A stretch of DNA of 52,562 bases from contig PLSB01000112.1 in NCBI GenBank assembly GCA_003165005.1, positions 14,389 to 66,950 on the forward strand, given 5' to 3'. The notes under the pieces were generated by a model. It was not told where the DNA came from and did not search any database. It saw nothing but the letters and a program-made list of their open reading frames with translations. The position numbers and the translations under genes are program-made. Shown piece after piece: positions 27,826-37,724 of this stretch. Source of the DNA: Acidobacteriaceae bacterium (GTDB taxonomy: Bacteria; Acidobacteriota; Terriglobia; Terriglobales; Acidobacteriaceae). Every line of letters begins with the position of its first letter. The first letter of the stretch is position 1.

Positions 27826-28605
27826 CTACCGCAGTTGCGAGTAATACTCTTGCGACAGTTTTCTCCCCCGAGCGCCGAAGCGCGGCAAGCGGACGATGCC
27901 CATCTTGTGGGCAACAAAACTCATCGTCGTCGCCAACACCCCCAGGCCGTACTGCACGCTGCGTTTGAAGTTGATCGAGGACGCCTCTTCAAAGTACTTC
28001 GTGGGGCAGGAGATCTCGCCGATGCGGAAGCCGAAGATCACCGCCTGCGCGATCATCTGGTTGTCGAAGACGAAATCGTCGGAGTTTTCCTGGAGCGGCA
28101 GCGCCTCGAGCAGCTCGCGCGAGAAGGCGCGGAAACCGGAGTGATATTCCGACAGTTTCACGCCCAGAAAAAGATTCTGAAACGCGGTAAGCAGCCGGTT
28201 GGAAACATATTTGTACAAAGGCATTCCGCCTTTGCGAGCGCCACCGCCCAGGATGCGCGACCCGAGAACCATATCGTAGACGCCGCTCGCCACCATGCCT
28301 GCCATGGCCGGAACCAGCAGCGGCGTGTACTGGTAATCGGGATGCACCATCACCACAATGTCCGCGCCCGCCTTGAGCGCCTCACGATAGCAGGTCTGCT
28401 GGTTGCGCCCGTATCCATAGTTCGCGTCGTGGATGAAGGTCGCGACGCCCAGCTGGCGCGAAAGCTCCGCGGTCTTGTCGTTGCTGGAGTCGTCGACCAG
28501 GATCTTGATGTCCACTACGTCCGTGAGTTCCCGCACGGTCTGCTCCAGCGTCTTCTCGGCGTTATACGCCGGCATCACCACCGCGATCCGCTTGCCGCTA
28601 ATCAT
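27826..28605 (-). CDS. GT2 glycosyltransferase (polyprenol-phosphate sugar synthase-like)
   Basis: VVMPAYN, VDDSSND, NYGYGRNQ, MVHPDYQY, SEYHSGFRAF. Confidence 0.88.
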   Translation of the reverse strand: MISGKRIAVVMPAYNAEKTLEQTVRELTDVVDIKILVDDSSNDKTAELSRQLGVATFIHDANYGYGRNQQTCYREALKAGADIVVMVHPDYQYTPLLVPAMAGMVASGVYDMVLGSRILGGGARKGGMPLYKYVSNRLLTAFQNLFLGVKLSEYHSGFRAFSRELLEALPLQENSDDFVFDNQMIAQAVIFGFRIGEISCPTKYFEEASSINFKRSVQYGLGVLATTMSFVAHKMGIVRLPRFGARGRKLSQEYYSQLR

Positions 28606-28664
28606 TGCCTAAAAACCTCGAAACCCTGCGTCTCGTAGATTCTATTCACATCGGCTTCCTAGCG

Positions 28665-30197
28665 TTATGGTTTCGCCGGACCGTCCCGGGGCACAAACTC
28701 CAAAACTCTAACATGGTCGTAGACCCCCACGGTGCGGACGAAGAACTCCCCTTGAGCGGTCTGCGCGATCCAGTCAAGCTCCGCGGACGAATAGTGCTGT
28801 TGATCGGCTCCGACAGCCAAAAAGCGTTCGTGTTTCTGCTCCGCCTCCCTGAGAAAGGGCAAGAACACCCTCTTTGTCTCGTTATTAAGCCCCTCGGGCA
28901 ATGGCACTATAGGCGAGGTGATCTTGTAGTACGAAAGCTGCGGAAAGAGGCGGTCAGTTTTTGGCGAGTCCGTTGGCATTGTCTCGTAGTTGGCTTCGAT
29001 AAAGTTGCTGCAAACCAAAACGGGAGCGTTATCTTTCGAGCTCAAATCCTGCACCACCTCTAAAGCGGACTTCCAGGAGAAATCGTGCTCTTTTGAGCTT
29101 GGCGAGAACAGGTAGGATGCCACCGTGAGAGTGACAAAAATGACGCAAAAGGTCGCCCTTACGGCTTTGGAACGGAACTGCCATACCAGCATCGCCCAAC
29201 AGAGCGATATCCCAGGGACCGCGCTCAAGCGATGATAGTGCGAGGTAAACACGTTGAGCGATGTCCCGACAGATACTGCGTAGAGAATGACAACGGGAAT
29301 GGAAGCCAGGCTAGCAACGAACATGACTTGCCATTTTTCAAAGCGAGTTACCTCGATCGGCCGATTCCTTGCGATAAAATACAACGCGGTCAACGTGGCA
29401 GAAAGAGTCAGCATCCCTGGCATGAACGGGGGGATCAGGTAGAGCCAGCCGGGGGATGGAATCACCACGTGCGAGCTCGGGTTGTGAAACAGGTATCGCA
29501 GCCCCGCGACTAGTGGAATACATGCCGCTGCGAAGACAACAAGCGCAATCGAGCCCTGGCGCACCAGGATTTTCAAGCTGCGGGCCTTGAACACGATGAA
29601 ACAAACGAGGAAGGCGGGGAGGATAGCCGCGAAGAGAAAGTGAAGGTAGACGATTGCCGCAGCCAGCAGCCCGAACAGAGCAGCAAGCCAGTTCGAATCG
29701 TTTCTGCGCAAACGAAGCAGCGTCAGGATCGCCGCGTTTGTGAACAGAACGGCGAGCGCGTATGGCCGAACGTCAATCGCCTCGAAAACAACGGAGTAGT
29801 TAAGGCAGAAGACTATCGTGGCAATCACAGCAAATTCCGAATCGATCAGCTCGCGCGCAGCAAGATACAAGAGATAGGCAGCCCCGAGCATGGCAAGGAC
29901 GGAGGACGTTCTAAGCGCAATTTCGCTGGTTCCGAGCAGTTTGGTCCAAAGCCAGAGGATATAAGAATATGCAGGAGGGTTAATAGAAACAAAATGGCGC
30001 TGCCAAATTCCCGAAAAACCCTCGCAGATTAGCCAATACGAGCCGGTCTCATCCCCGCGAAGCGGCGCTCGAAAGGCGATGAACCATATCGAAATCGAAA
30101 CCGCGAGGGCCACGGCATAGATCGCGTAAAAGACACGATTCTGAATCAGCGGGCTGCCGTCAAGCGATGGTTTGCGGACTGCTTCCTGTAGCTTCAA
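28665..30197 (-). CDS. GT-C fold membrane glycosyltransferase (GT39/PMT_2-like)
   Basis: DE motif after TM1 (PLRGDET), PPAYSYILWLW..GTSEIALR, DVRPYAL, many TM helices and a soluble C-terminal domain. Confidence 0.78.
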   Translation of the reverse strand: MKLQEAVRKPSLDGSPLIQNRVFYAIYAVALAVSISIWFIAFRAPLRGDETGSYWLICEGFSGIWQRHFVSINPPAYSYILWLWTKLLGTSEIALRTSSVLAMLGAAYLLYLAARELIDSEFAVIATIVFCLNYSVVFEAIDVRPYALAVLFTNAAILTLLRLRRNDSNWLAALFGLLAAAIVYLHFLFAAILPAFLVCFIVFKARSLKILVRQGSIALVVFAAACIPLVAGLRYLFHNPSSHVVIPSPGWLYLIPPFMPGMLTLSATLTALYFIARNRPIEVTRFEKWQVMFVASLASIPVVILYAVSVGTSLNVFTSHYHRLSAVPGISLCWAMLVWQFRSKAVRATFCVIFVTLTVASYLFSPSSKEHDFSWKSALEVVQDLSSKDNAPVLVCSNFIEANYETMPTDSPKTDRLFPQLSYYKITSPIVPLPEGLNNETKRVFLPFLREAEQKHERFLAVGADQQHYSSAELDWIAQTAQGEFFVRTVGVYDHVRVLEFVPRDGPAKP

Positions 30198-30332
30198 CGG
30201 ATAAAATCTCCATCACGGCGCCGCTCGCGGCGGCGGGAGGTCCTTTCAATGAAGGGCCTTCCAAGGGGTTGGCTCACACGAGCGTGATCGCATCTTTGCG
30301 CTTCGCCATAGTGTGGGGTATTCGAGAACACG

Positions 30333-31343
30333 TCAACGTTTAACCGCAACTGCAAATGCTTCAAATCCCTGCTTTCTCATCGCCCGTAAGGCGACGACGG
30401 GCATGAACATCGTCACCACCAAAGCGAGCGCCAGGAACCGAAACCAAGGCAATCTCCTTTCCCCATCGCGATTTGCCCAGCGCCAAGAGCTCATGTAGTA
30501 ACCCCAGGCTGACTGGACAAATGGTGTTTCGTAAACAACCAATTCGAATCCCGCCTTATCGCATAGGCGGGACAATGTTGTCTTGTCGTAAAAATGCAGG
30601 TGACGGGGCAAATCCAGCAATGCCCAATACTGGCCGAAGCTCTGGCCGTACTCCGCGGCTTGCCGAGTCGGAATACTAATGAAGACCCGGCCTCCAGTGC
30701 GCAGATAGCGAGCGGATATGAACAACTCTCGCAGAGGGTCTTGTAAATGCTCAATCACATTCCAGAACGCAACGACGTCGATTTGTTCCTCATCCCAGAG
30801 GCCCAAAGCCAGTTCGCCAGCGCGGACATCAAGACCAAGCTCACTTCTGATGCTATCTGCCATGCTGCTGTTGTATTCGACTGCCCTTACATTCCACCCC
30901 GCGTGGTGGGCAGCCACCAGAAAATCGCCGGCTCCGCATCCCACTTCCAGCATCTCATGCCCTATTCCATAGCGTCTTAGCCGCGAGATGCGGCGGCGCG
31001 TCGTCCAGGCGCGCAGAATCTTCCAGACCGGCCACCCCGGCACTTTCCACGCTGGCCGATAGCAATCGTAATTACTGGAAGCCGAGTAGGCCTCACTAAG
31101 TTCAAGGTCACTGGGTCTCGGGTTCTGCATCACATAGCCGCAAGAAGAACAGCGGGTTAGCTTGAAGCTCTTCTTGTACTTGGGCCGGCACAAGTCGCAA
31201 CCCTCGCGGACTCCTGTCCACTCGTTGCTATTGCAAAATGGACAGGGTTCATATGTGCTCTTCAATCCTTCATTTGATTCCAGGTACATCTTTGTCAGAA
31301 CCCCTTCCTGTAAGGACTTATGACCGGCATTGAGAACCTCCAT
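30333..31343 (-). CDS. Class I SAM methyltransferase with N-terminal CxxC..CxxC
   Basis: CPFC..CSSC, LEVGCGAG, VIEHLQDP, DLPRHL; alternative ATG at 31289. Confidence 0.88.
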   Translation of the reverse strand: MEVLNAGHKSLQEGVLTKMYLESNEGLKSTYEPCPFCNSNEWTGVREGCDLCRPKYKKSFKLTRCSSCGYVMQNPRPSDLELSEAYSASSNYDCYRPAWKVPGWPVWKILRAWTTRRRISRLRRYGIGHEMLEVGCGAGDFLVAAHHAGWNVRAVEYNSSMADSIRSELGLDVRAGELALGLWDEEQIDVVAFWNVIEHLQDPLRELFISARYLRTGGRVFISIPTRQAAEYGQSFGQYWALLDLPRHLHFYDKTTLSRLCDKAGFELVVYETPFVQSAWGYYMSSWRWANRDGERRLPWFRFLALALVVTMFMPVVALRAMRKQGFEAFAVAVKR

Positions 31344-32274
31344 GGCGCTTCAGCATCAACCGCGAGCTCACCCGCTGCACAATCCTTGAATCCCTCAGGT
31401 ACCGGCGCCATCCTCCGGGACCCAGGGCTAGCAACTTTGCCAAAACCGTCAGCGTTTGAGGGGACTGTCCACGGGTTGCGGCAGACAGGGCTGAGTTGAC
31501 CGCAATTGATACGCGTGCGGCCCGCACCACCGAGGTTCTGCGTCTTCCGGCGCAGGCCCAGTTTTTAAGGCCACGGTCAAGCACCGTTGTCAATTGGAGT
31601 TCCCACTCGTTCGCGAGCAGCCTGCGACTCGCGGTTTGCGAATCCGGGTGAATGCGGAAAGCACTAAGTGCTTCGTCGATGAAACGCACCCGGCCGATTG
31701 CTCCAAGGCGCAGCCAGAGGTCCCAATCGGCTGAGAACCAGAGCGATTCGTCCAGCGCCCCCGACTCAAGCGCGGCTTTTCGCCGGAACACCGGCGAATT
31801 GATCGCGATAAAGTTTTGCACGAGAAGGCGCTCGGTGAGTTGATCTGGCCGGAGGACACCATCGGAGAATGGGCAGGTCCAGGGCCCAAGCCTCTCTCCT
31901 TCCGGTCCGACGAACACTGCGTTGTGAAGGATGAGCGCGCCCTCGGCGGTCTCCATCTCTCCCCAGAGTCTCTCCATCCTGCCCGAGAGCCAAAGATCGT
32001 CCTGATGCAGGAAACAGGCCCAGTCTCCGGTGGCTTCGCGCAAGCCTATGTTAGTGGCCGCTACCCAGTTTCCAATTCTGCCGGGAGAGATGATTCGCAT
32101 GGGCAGTGCTTGGGCGAAATCACGTACTATTTCCAAGGTGCGGTCTTGCGAGCCGTCATCGATAACTAACAATTCGATCCCATCGCGATACTGTGTGCGC
32201 ACGCTCTCAAGCGCCGCGGCGATAAATCTCTCACCGTTGTAACAAGGCATAATGACCGACAGGAAAGGATTCAT
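31318..32274 (-). CDS. GT2 glycosyltransferase
   Basis: SVIMPCYN, IDDGSQD, FLHQDD, SADWDLWLR; ATGA overlap with upstream gene. Confidence 0.9.
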   Translation of the reverse strand: MNPFLSVIMPCYNGERFIAAALESVRTQYRDGIELLVIDDGSQDRTLEIVRDFAQALPMRIISPGRIGNWVAATNIGLREATGDWACFLHQDDLWLSGRMERLWGEMETAEGALILHNAVFVGPEGERLGPWTCPFSDGVLRPDQLTERLLVQNFIAINSPVFRRKAALESGALDESLWFSADWDLWLRLGAIGRVRFIDEALSAFRIHPDSQTASRRLLANEWELQLTTVLDRGLKNWACAGRRRTSVVRAARVSIAVNSALSAATRGQSPQTLTVLAKLLALGPGGWRRYLRDSRIVQRVSSRLMLKRHGGSQCRS

Positions 32275-33278
32275 CGGGCGTTCCACTTTCTCATGTCGCC
32301 GGCTCCACGTTGTGCGGACTTCCCCAATCCCAGGACAATTGCAGCGCAGGCCGCAATCAGAAGATAGGATACTGTGAGAAGAATCCTATTGGCTAAAACC
32401 CACTGCGCCCCTGTGGCAAATGGCGTCCCAAAGAGATCGAGCGCACCCGCGCCCGCCAGGTCATTGAGGCCAATTCCTCCTGGGGTGACCGCGACGATCG
32501 TTACAACGCTCACCAACGGTACCGCCGCCGCCATTTGCCAAAAGGGAATGTGCAAGCCAACCGCCCCCGCGGTCTGAATCGACATCAACACAACTACGCC
32601 TGTGCGAAGCGCAGAGAGAACAACAAGACGACGCGCCAGGGCGGCGTTCAAGATGCCCGAGTGCTGGAGTGCCCGCGCGCTGTCGAATATCCGATGGAAG
32701 GGGCCGGAAGCTGGGGCTTTCAATCGGGCGGCAAGCCAGCGCATGATGCGCACGGATGGTTCAACGGCAAGAAGCGCGAGGACGATCGAGGCTGAGGCGC
32801 AGATCGCCCACATCCTCGCTCCGCCATGGCCGTACCAGGTGATTCCCGATGCGACAGCAAGGAAGCCTACCATATAAACGTCAAAGCCCTGCTCAAGAAG
32901 CGTACCGGCCGTACCGCGTTTCAAGGCTCTTCCATGAATGCAGGTTCCCAACGTGCGAGCCGTGGACATGGCGACTTGTACAGGAAGGATGAGTCCAATG
33001 GCCAGCCCCACGCTGGTCAGCGCGTAGGATGTGGTTCTTGGCGGGACGGAATCGGAGGGGCGGCGCCATGCGGCGTCAATACTCCTCCACTTCTCAGTGG
33101 AAAGATAGATCAGCAGAGCATTCAAAAAGAGGATCTTGGAAAAAGCCATCAAACTGACGCTTCTAAGTTGTTGCAGCGTTAGCCGAAGATCTACCTTACC
33201 GAACTTTATGAGCATGACGATCAGAATGATCGCCAGCGCGACTGAAGCGACCGTCAGGAAGAAGCGCCGCATGGTCAT
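32271..33278 (-). CDS. Lysylphosphatidylglycerol-synthase TM region / flippase-like protein
   Basis: Multi-TM, EKWR, EQGFD, VTPGGIG, ANR pattern; TGATG overlap with upstream GT2. Confidence 0.72.
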   Translation of the reverse strand: MTMRRFFLTVASVALAIILIVMLIKFGKVDLRLTLQQLRSVSLMAFSKILFLNALLIYLSTEKWRSIDAAWRRPSDSVPPRTTSYALTSVGLAIGLILPVQVAMSTARTLGTCIHGRALKRGTAGTLLEQGFDVYMVGFLAVASGITWYGHGGARMWAICASASIVLALLAVEPSVRIMRWLAARLKAPASGPFHRIFDSARALQHSGILNAALARRLVVLSALRTGVVVLMSIQTAGAVGLHIPFWQMAAAVPLVSVVTIVAVTPGGIGLNDLAGAGALDLFGTPFATGAQWVLANRILLTVSYLLIAACAAIVLGLGKSAQRGAGDMRKWNAR

Positions 33279-34426
33279 CAGCGTCGCCTGAGGCCGAGAA
33301 TGCTCAGAAAGAAACTGCTGCAGACAATCTGCACACCCAGGGTGAGAGAGAAAACTGCGGGCATGACGACGCGCAGCATGTGCTCGGGATCGAGGGCGCC
33401 AAATCTATCTTTCGCCCAGCCCGAGACGGCTAAGATCGATCCGCCAATTCCCAAAGCGATCAGGAGGCCGCCGACGGCGAGTCCGGTTTCCAATGTAATG
33501 TGCCGAAAAGCGCGGGTGAGACGCGGGTCTTCAGGCAGCAGGCCTTCTGAGATCGCGAACACCTTGGTAAATATAGCAAAGGCGGCAAGCTGAAAGCCGA
33601 GCAACACCGATACGAAGGCGTAAAGCAGCGTGTGCACATCGAGACCAATGCTGCCGATCCTTCGCGGTCCCGGCAGCAACCAGGCGCTTGCAGCCAATCC
33701 CAGCACAAACAGAAAGCACCCCGGATACAGAAACAGCCAACGCGGGCTGTGCATGAGCATGAATCGCAAATGGCGCCAGCCGTCGCGGTAGGGGCGAAGG
33801 TGCGGAGAGTGCGAACGGCCGTCCCGGTTCAGAACGGTTGGAACTTCCGCGATTTTCATGCCCTTGAGCTGTGCCTCGATCACCATCTCGGAGGCAAACT
33901 CCATTCCGGTGGTCCTCAAGTCAAGAGAATCGTAGGCACGCTTTCGAAATCCTCGAAGGCCGCAGTGGAAGTCCCCCACCTGCGAGTGGAAAAACAGTCT
34001 TCCGATGAAGGACAGAATGGGGTTCCCGATAAAACGGTTCTTCCAAGGCATCGCCCCTGGGCGGATGCCCCCCTTGAACCGGTTTCCCATGACGAGGTCG
34101 TAGCCCTGGCGCAACTTTTCGAGAAAGTCGTCAAGATGTTCAAAGTCGTAACTGGCATCGGAATCGCCCATGATGCAATAGCGGCCGCGCGCGGCGTTGA
34201 TGGCGCCATGGAGCGCGGCGCCGTAACCGTGCGTGGGAATTTCGACGACGCGAGCGCCGAGATTGGCAGCAATCTGCTGCGAGCCGTCGGTCGAGCCGTT
34301 GTCGCCCACGATAATCTCGCCGCTCACGCCGGAGCGCGCAAGAAACTTGCTCGCCATTTCGATGCAGGCGGGCAGCGTCTCGGCCTCGTTGAGGCAGGGC
34401 ATGACGATACTCAGTTCAATGTCCAT
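33278..34426 (-). CDS. GT2 dolichol/polyprenol-phosphate sugar synthase-like with C-terminal TMs
   Basis: SIVMPCLNE, DNGSTD, GYGAAL, MGDSDASYD, DFHCGLRGF, GMEFASEM, RDGWRHL. Confidence 0.9.
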   Translation of the reverse strand: MDIELSIVMPCLNEAETLPACIEMASKFLARSGVSGEIIVGDNGSTDGSQQIAANLGARVVEIPTHGYGAALHGAINAARGRYCIMGDSDASYDFEHLDDFLEKLRQGYDLVMGNRFKGGIRPGAMPWKNRFIGNPILSFIGRLFFHSQVGDFHCGLRGFRKRAYDSLDLRTTGMEFASEMVIEAQLKGMKIAEVPTVLNRDGRSHSPHLRPYRDGWRHLRFMLMHSPRWLFLYPGCFLFVLGLAASAWLLPGPRRIGSIGLDVHTLLYAFVSVLLGFQLAAFAIFTKVFAISEGLLPEDPRLTRAFRHITLETGLAVGGLLIALGIGGSILAVSGWAKDRFGALDPEHMLRVVMPAVFSLTLGVQIVCSSFFLSILGLRRR

Positions 34427-34665
34427 TCTGGCGATCTCCCGTTCTCAAAGCGTGATGGCCATTGGAATCTGCGCCTTGCCGCTGCATTACCGGGCAGAAT
34501 GCCTGGGTCGGCTGCAATGGATGGGCACATCTCACGTATGCGCTCGTCATTTTTGGCCTCTCGTCCCATCGTGCAACCCTGCCATTCTAAGCCGACCCCT
34601 GGAATGCGCGGAAGAACTTAGCGAGCGGGGAGTTTTCCGCGCCGGACGCGAATCCCTCCTTCGTG

Positions 34666-36051
34666 TCAAAGGCTCTCTCCATGATTCGCCGCCAAGGAAG
34701 CGCCGAACGGTTCGCGCGCATCCGCGGATCCTCCTCTTTCCTGGGCGGTGCGCCGGAAATAGACCCAGAGATAGAAGCTGCCCGTCGCCAGAAGCACGAG
34801 CGGGGCAGGGTGAAAGACAAAGGCCGTCAGGAACTTGCCCCATGCACCGTCGAGGCCTCCGATCATACCGTACATGATTTGCGAGACTATAGTTGTGGGA
34901 ACGTCCGATGTGCTCGCGATCGCCAAGGTCGTCATCAGGCCGGCAAGCCACTTCAGAGGTCCGCCTTCGCGCCACAGCAAAGCGCACGCCGGAACCGTAA
35001 GCAGGAGCAACTTCGCGTCGTAGGTCCGGTGGTAAACCGGCAGCATCGATAGCGGAGCAATAGCGGCAAGCGCAATCCACGCATTCTGTTTTGTTAAGCG
35101 CGACCTGAGTACGCGAACGGCGCCGGCGAAAAGAAGCAAGCCGCACGTCAAATAGCTGGCAGCGTTGTAAAAGCGCGGCTCGTCCCGCAGGAGGCTAAAG
35201 GTCGACTGCAGGCTGATCACAGGGTCCGCCATAAGGAATGAGAGCGAATCGGGTCCAGGATCGTTCACGCTGCCGTGCGCCGAAAGCGCGTGTATATTCG
35301 CGCGCAACTCCTGCGGCCACTGTGGAGAGACCGAAGAAACCCAAAGGATCGCTGGCAGCGTCAACGCAGCCACAACCACAAGAGTCTGCAGGGCCCGCTT
35401 ACGATAAGCGCCCCCCAGCAGCAAAAAATAAAACCACACTAGTCCTGCATCGTGAGGCTTGAGAGCGAGGCTGATGGCCAGGCAAATCACGCCGGCGCGC
35501 ACAAACCGTTCTTCAAGCAGGCACCAGACCGCGACGATACAGAGACTGACGACGATGCCGGCAAGATTCCCCAGCGAAAGAACGATCTCGGCATTCGCAA
35601 GCAGGAGACCAATCAGAAGCGTGGCCGGCTTCAGCGCGTAATCCCTGGCGATTAACCAGATCAGGAATGCTGCCATCGAGAGACCCGCTGCTTGCAGCAC
35701 CATCCAAAAAAAAACGGCAGTCTTCCACGGCAAGATCGCAAACGGCGCCACGAGAAACAGCGCAGTGGGGAGGTTGACGCACACCATATTCCCGCGGCGA
35801 TACAAGAACGCTTCGGATGGAACGGGTGAGAATCTGCCGCCTTCCGATTCATACACCTGCGGAAAGACGGCAGGATCGTACGGGTCGCTATGCCGAATCA
35901 GGCAGCGCGTCCCATAGAAGACTGCTTTGAAGCTCCCCATGCCGGAATAAAAGCGCGTCGCAATGATTGAACCCCAGGTGACGGAGATTGCGGCACTCAA
36001 CAAGAGGCAGACCAGCGCCTTGCGCTGCTTCGAACCTCTCTTCGGCCTCAT
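34666..36051 (-). CDS. GT87 (DUF2029) family membrane protein
   Basis: DPYD, NLPT..APF..LPW, GNL, ALKPH, YHRTYD; multi-TM. Confidence 0.75.
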   Translation of the reverse strand: MRPKRGSKQRKALVCLLLSAAISVTWGSIIATRFYSGMGSFKAVFYGTRCLIRHSDPYDPAVFPQVYESEGGRFSPVPSEAFLYRRGNMVCVNLPTALFLVAPFAILPWKTAVFFWMVLQAAGLSMAAFLIWLIARDYALKPATLLIGLLLANAEIVLSLGNLAGIVVSLCIVAVWCLLEERFVRAGVICLAISLALKPHDAGLVWFYFLLLGGAYRKRALQTLVVVAALTLPAILWVSSVSPQWPQELRANIHALSAHGSVNDPGPDSLSFLMADPVISLQSTFSLLRDEPRFYNAASYLTCGLLLFAGAVRVLRSRLTKQNAWIALAAIAPLSMLPVYHRTYDAKLLLLTVPACALLWREGGPLKWLAGLMTTLAIASTSDVPTTIVSQIMYGMIGGLDGAWGKFLTAFVFHPAPLVLLATGSFYLWVYFRRTAQERGGSADAREPFGASLAANHGESL

Positions 36052-36573
36052 CCTTCGCCTCTTGGAACTCCAGTGGACTGGGCAACCGCAGTCCGCGCCT
36101 CTCCGCACGCAATGATCGGCGGCGCAGGGTTGGCTTGATGGGCGGCGGGTAGCAGCATTTCGGTCCAGTTTCCTTTCCGCGGAATCACACAAAAACACGC
36201 GGGAATTATCGAGATTCTACGGCACGACGGCGAACTTGCCAGCCCCGAATCTGCCCATACGAACCCCTCTCGTCACCTTTCAATCCCGACCTATGGCATT
36301 TCTCCTTCAACCGCGGCCTTGCTGAGCCCAGTGCCCGGCGCAGATTTCCTGTTGAAATCGGCACTGAAGCGCATCGTCTTCGGCAAACATTTGGAGGAGA
36401 AATACTTGAAAAGTAAGAGAGGCCGGATGGCTGCGGAGAATCCGCTTTCATCCAGCCTCTTTCGGAATCTCGATCTCCGGAAGGGGTCCAGCCCGGTCCA
36501 GAGCCGAGTGAATTGGTTACGTATGACAGCGCGTACCTGGGATGATTCTGGCTTCGAAATTACCCAAGATTAC

Positions 36574-36756
36574 TCAAAACGAGCTGGCCACCGCAGAGAA
36601 CTTAGTGCTCAATTCCGCCGCAAAAGGTGGAAACAACGTAACGACCGCCAGAACCACCATCATGAATATCATGGCAACCTCAATCAGATCCTGACCGTGC
36701 TCCTCTTCGATCAGCCCGTGGAGTCGTACACGCAACCTTGCAATTACGTGGTTCAT
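36574..36756 (-). CDS. flp: Flp family pilin (divergent, E5 present, Y6 replaced by V)
   Basis: EEEHG|QDLIEVAM, hydrophobic stretch, KFSAVASSF; 60 aa. Confidence 0.8.
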   Translation of the reverse strand: MNHVIARLRVRLHGLIEEEHGQDLIEVAMIFMMVVLAVVTLFPPFAAELSTKFSAVASSF

Positions 36757-37038
36757 TCCTGCACACCCCCGTTCGATGACCGACCACTGCCGACGCCAAG
36801 CTTGCTTGTTTCCTAGCCTTGAGGATCATCCGAGCCGTTCATCTGCATGGGAGGAGAACCTCCGTAGCCGATGCCTGAGATCTTCTCTCCTCTTGGCTCT
36901 TGACGTGTCGATCGCCGGAATGGCTCGCTCTTTACGGGGAGAATCCGATCTCCCTGCCGAAGGCAGGTTGCGTATCCTCCCCGCGAAGAGACTGAGTCGC
37001 CGAGTGAAGTCGCGCGTGCGGAATTGGCTTCCCAGAGA

Positions 37039-37218
37039 CTAGAGAAATGAACTGCCAATACTCGCGAACACACTGTTCACCGAAGCTGGGGCGCTGCTGA
37101 CGCCAAAAAAGATGCACGCCAGCGCAACCAGCGATGCGCATTCTCCCACTTCCTGACCTTCTTCGCCGTATTTCATGCCCTTGAATTGAACGTGCACGCG
37201 AGACGCGCAGCGCGTTCG
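37039..37218 (-). pseudogene. Degenerate Flp pilin copy
   Basis: GEEG|QEVGECASLVAL..SVNSVFASIGSSFL aligns with neighbours; CGA occupies the expected start position. Confidence 0.65.
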
Positions 37219-37368
37219 GTCTTTCCCTTCCGGGAAGATTCCGACCGGAGCAGGCGCACCTGCCGCCACGAACTCTCGCGTTTTTCAAGAGCACAGACGC
37301 CGAGCCGATCGTTTCCGTGAGAACCCAGGCGATCCTAGCCGGTCTGTACCATTGCAGTTGAGGACTGT

Positions 37369-37446
37369 GGACCTCTTGACCTGACAGGAAAGGCACAGCG
37401 CGGCACTGAGCCGGTCTGCGCCTTTCCTGTCAAGATGCTGAGGTCC
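37369..37446. terminator. Long stem-loop 3' of major flp
   Basis: TGACAGGAAAGGC/GCCTTTCCTGTCA 13-bp stem enclosed by GGACCTC/GAGGTCC. Confidence 0.65.
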
Positions 37447-37472
37447 TGGGTACTCTGTACTGCCAAGGACTG

Positions 37473-37655
37473 TTACAGAGTGGTGGCGACCTGCGAGAAG
37501 ATGATATTCATCGCGGAGGCAACCTTCTGCATGCTGGCGATGGTGGCCACGGCGATCAGGGCGGCGACGAGGGCATACTCGATCAGATCCTGACCTTCCT
37601 CGTGCTTCATCAGGTTTTGCATTTTCACATACATTGCTAGAAACAGATTGTTCAT
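37473..37655 (-). CDS. flp: Flp family pilin (canonical, likely major pilin)
   Basis: HEEG|QDLIEYALVAALIAV; GAGG RBS; 60 aa. Confidence 0.95.
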   Translation of the reverse strand: MNNLFLAMYVKMQNLMKHEEGQDLIEYALVAALIAVATIASMQKVASAMNIIFSQVATTL

Positions 37656-37708
37656 TTTCTTTCCTCTCCGATTCAGTTTTCCCAGCCTCAGCCGGGCGCT
37701 GTGATTGG

Positions 37709-37724
37709 TGCATCTGGCGTGCCA
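37709..37724 (-). promoter_or_regulatory. Sigma54-type (-24/-12) promoter of flp
   Basis: TGGCACG-CCAG-ATGCA, GG-N10-GC spacing, 53 nt upstream of flp ATG. Confidence 0.7.
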
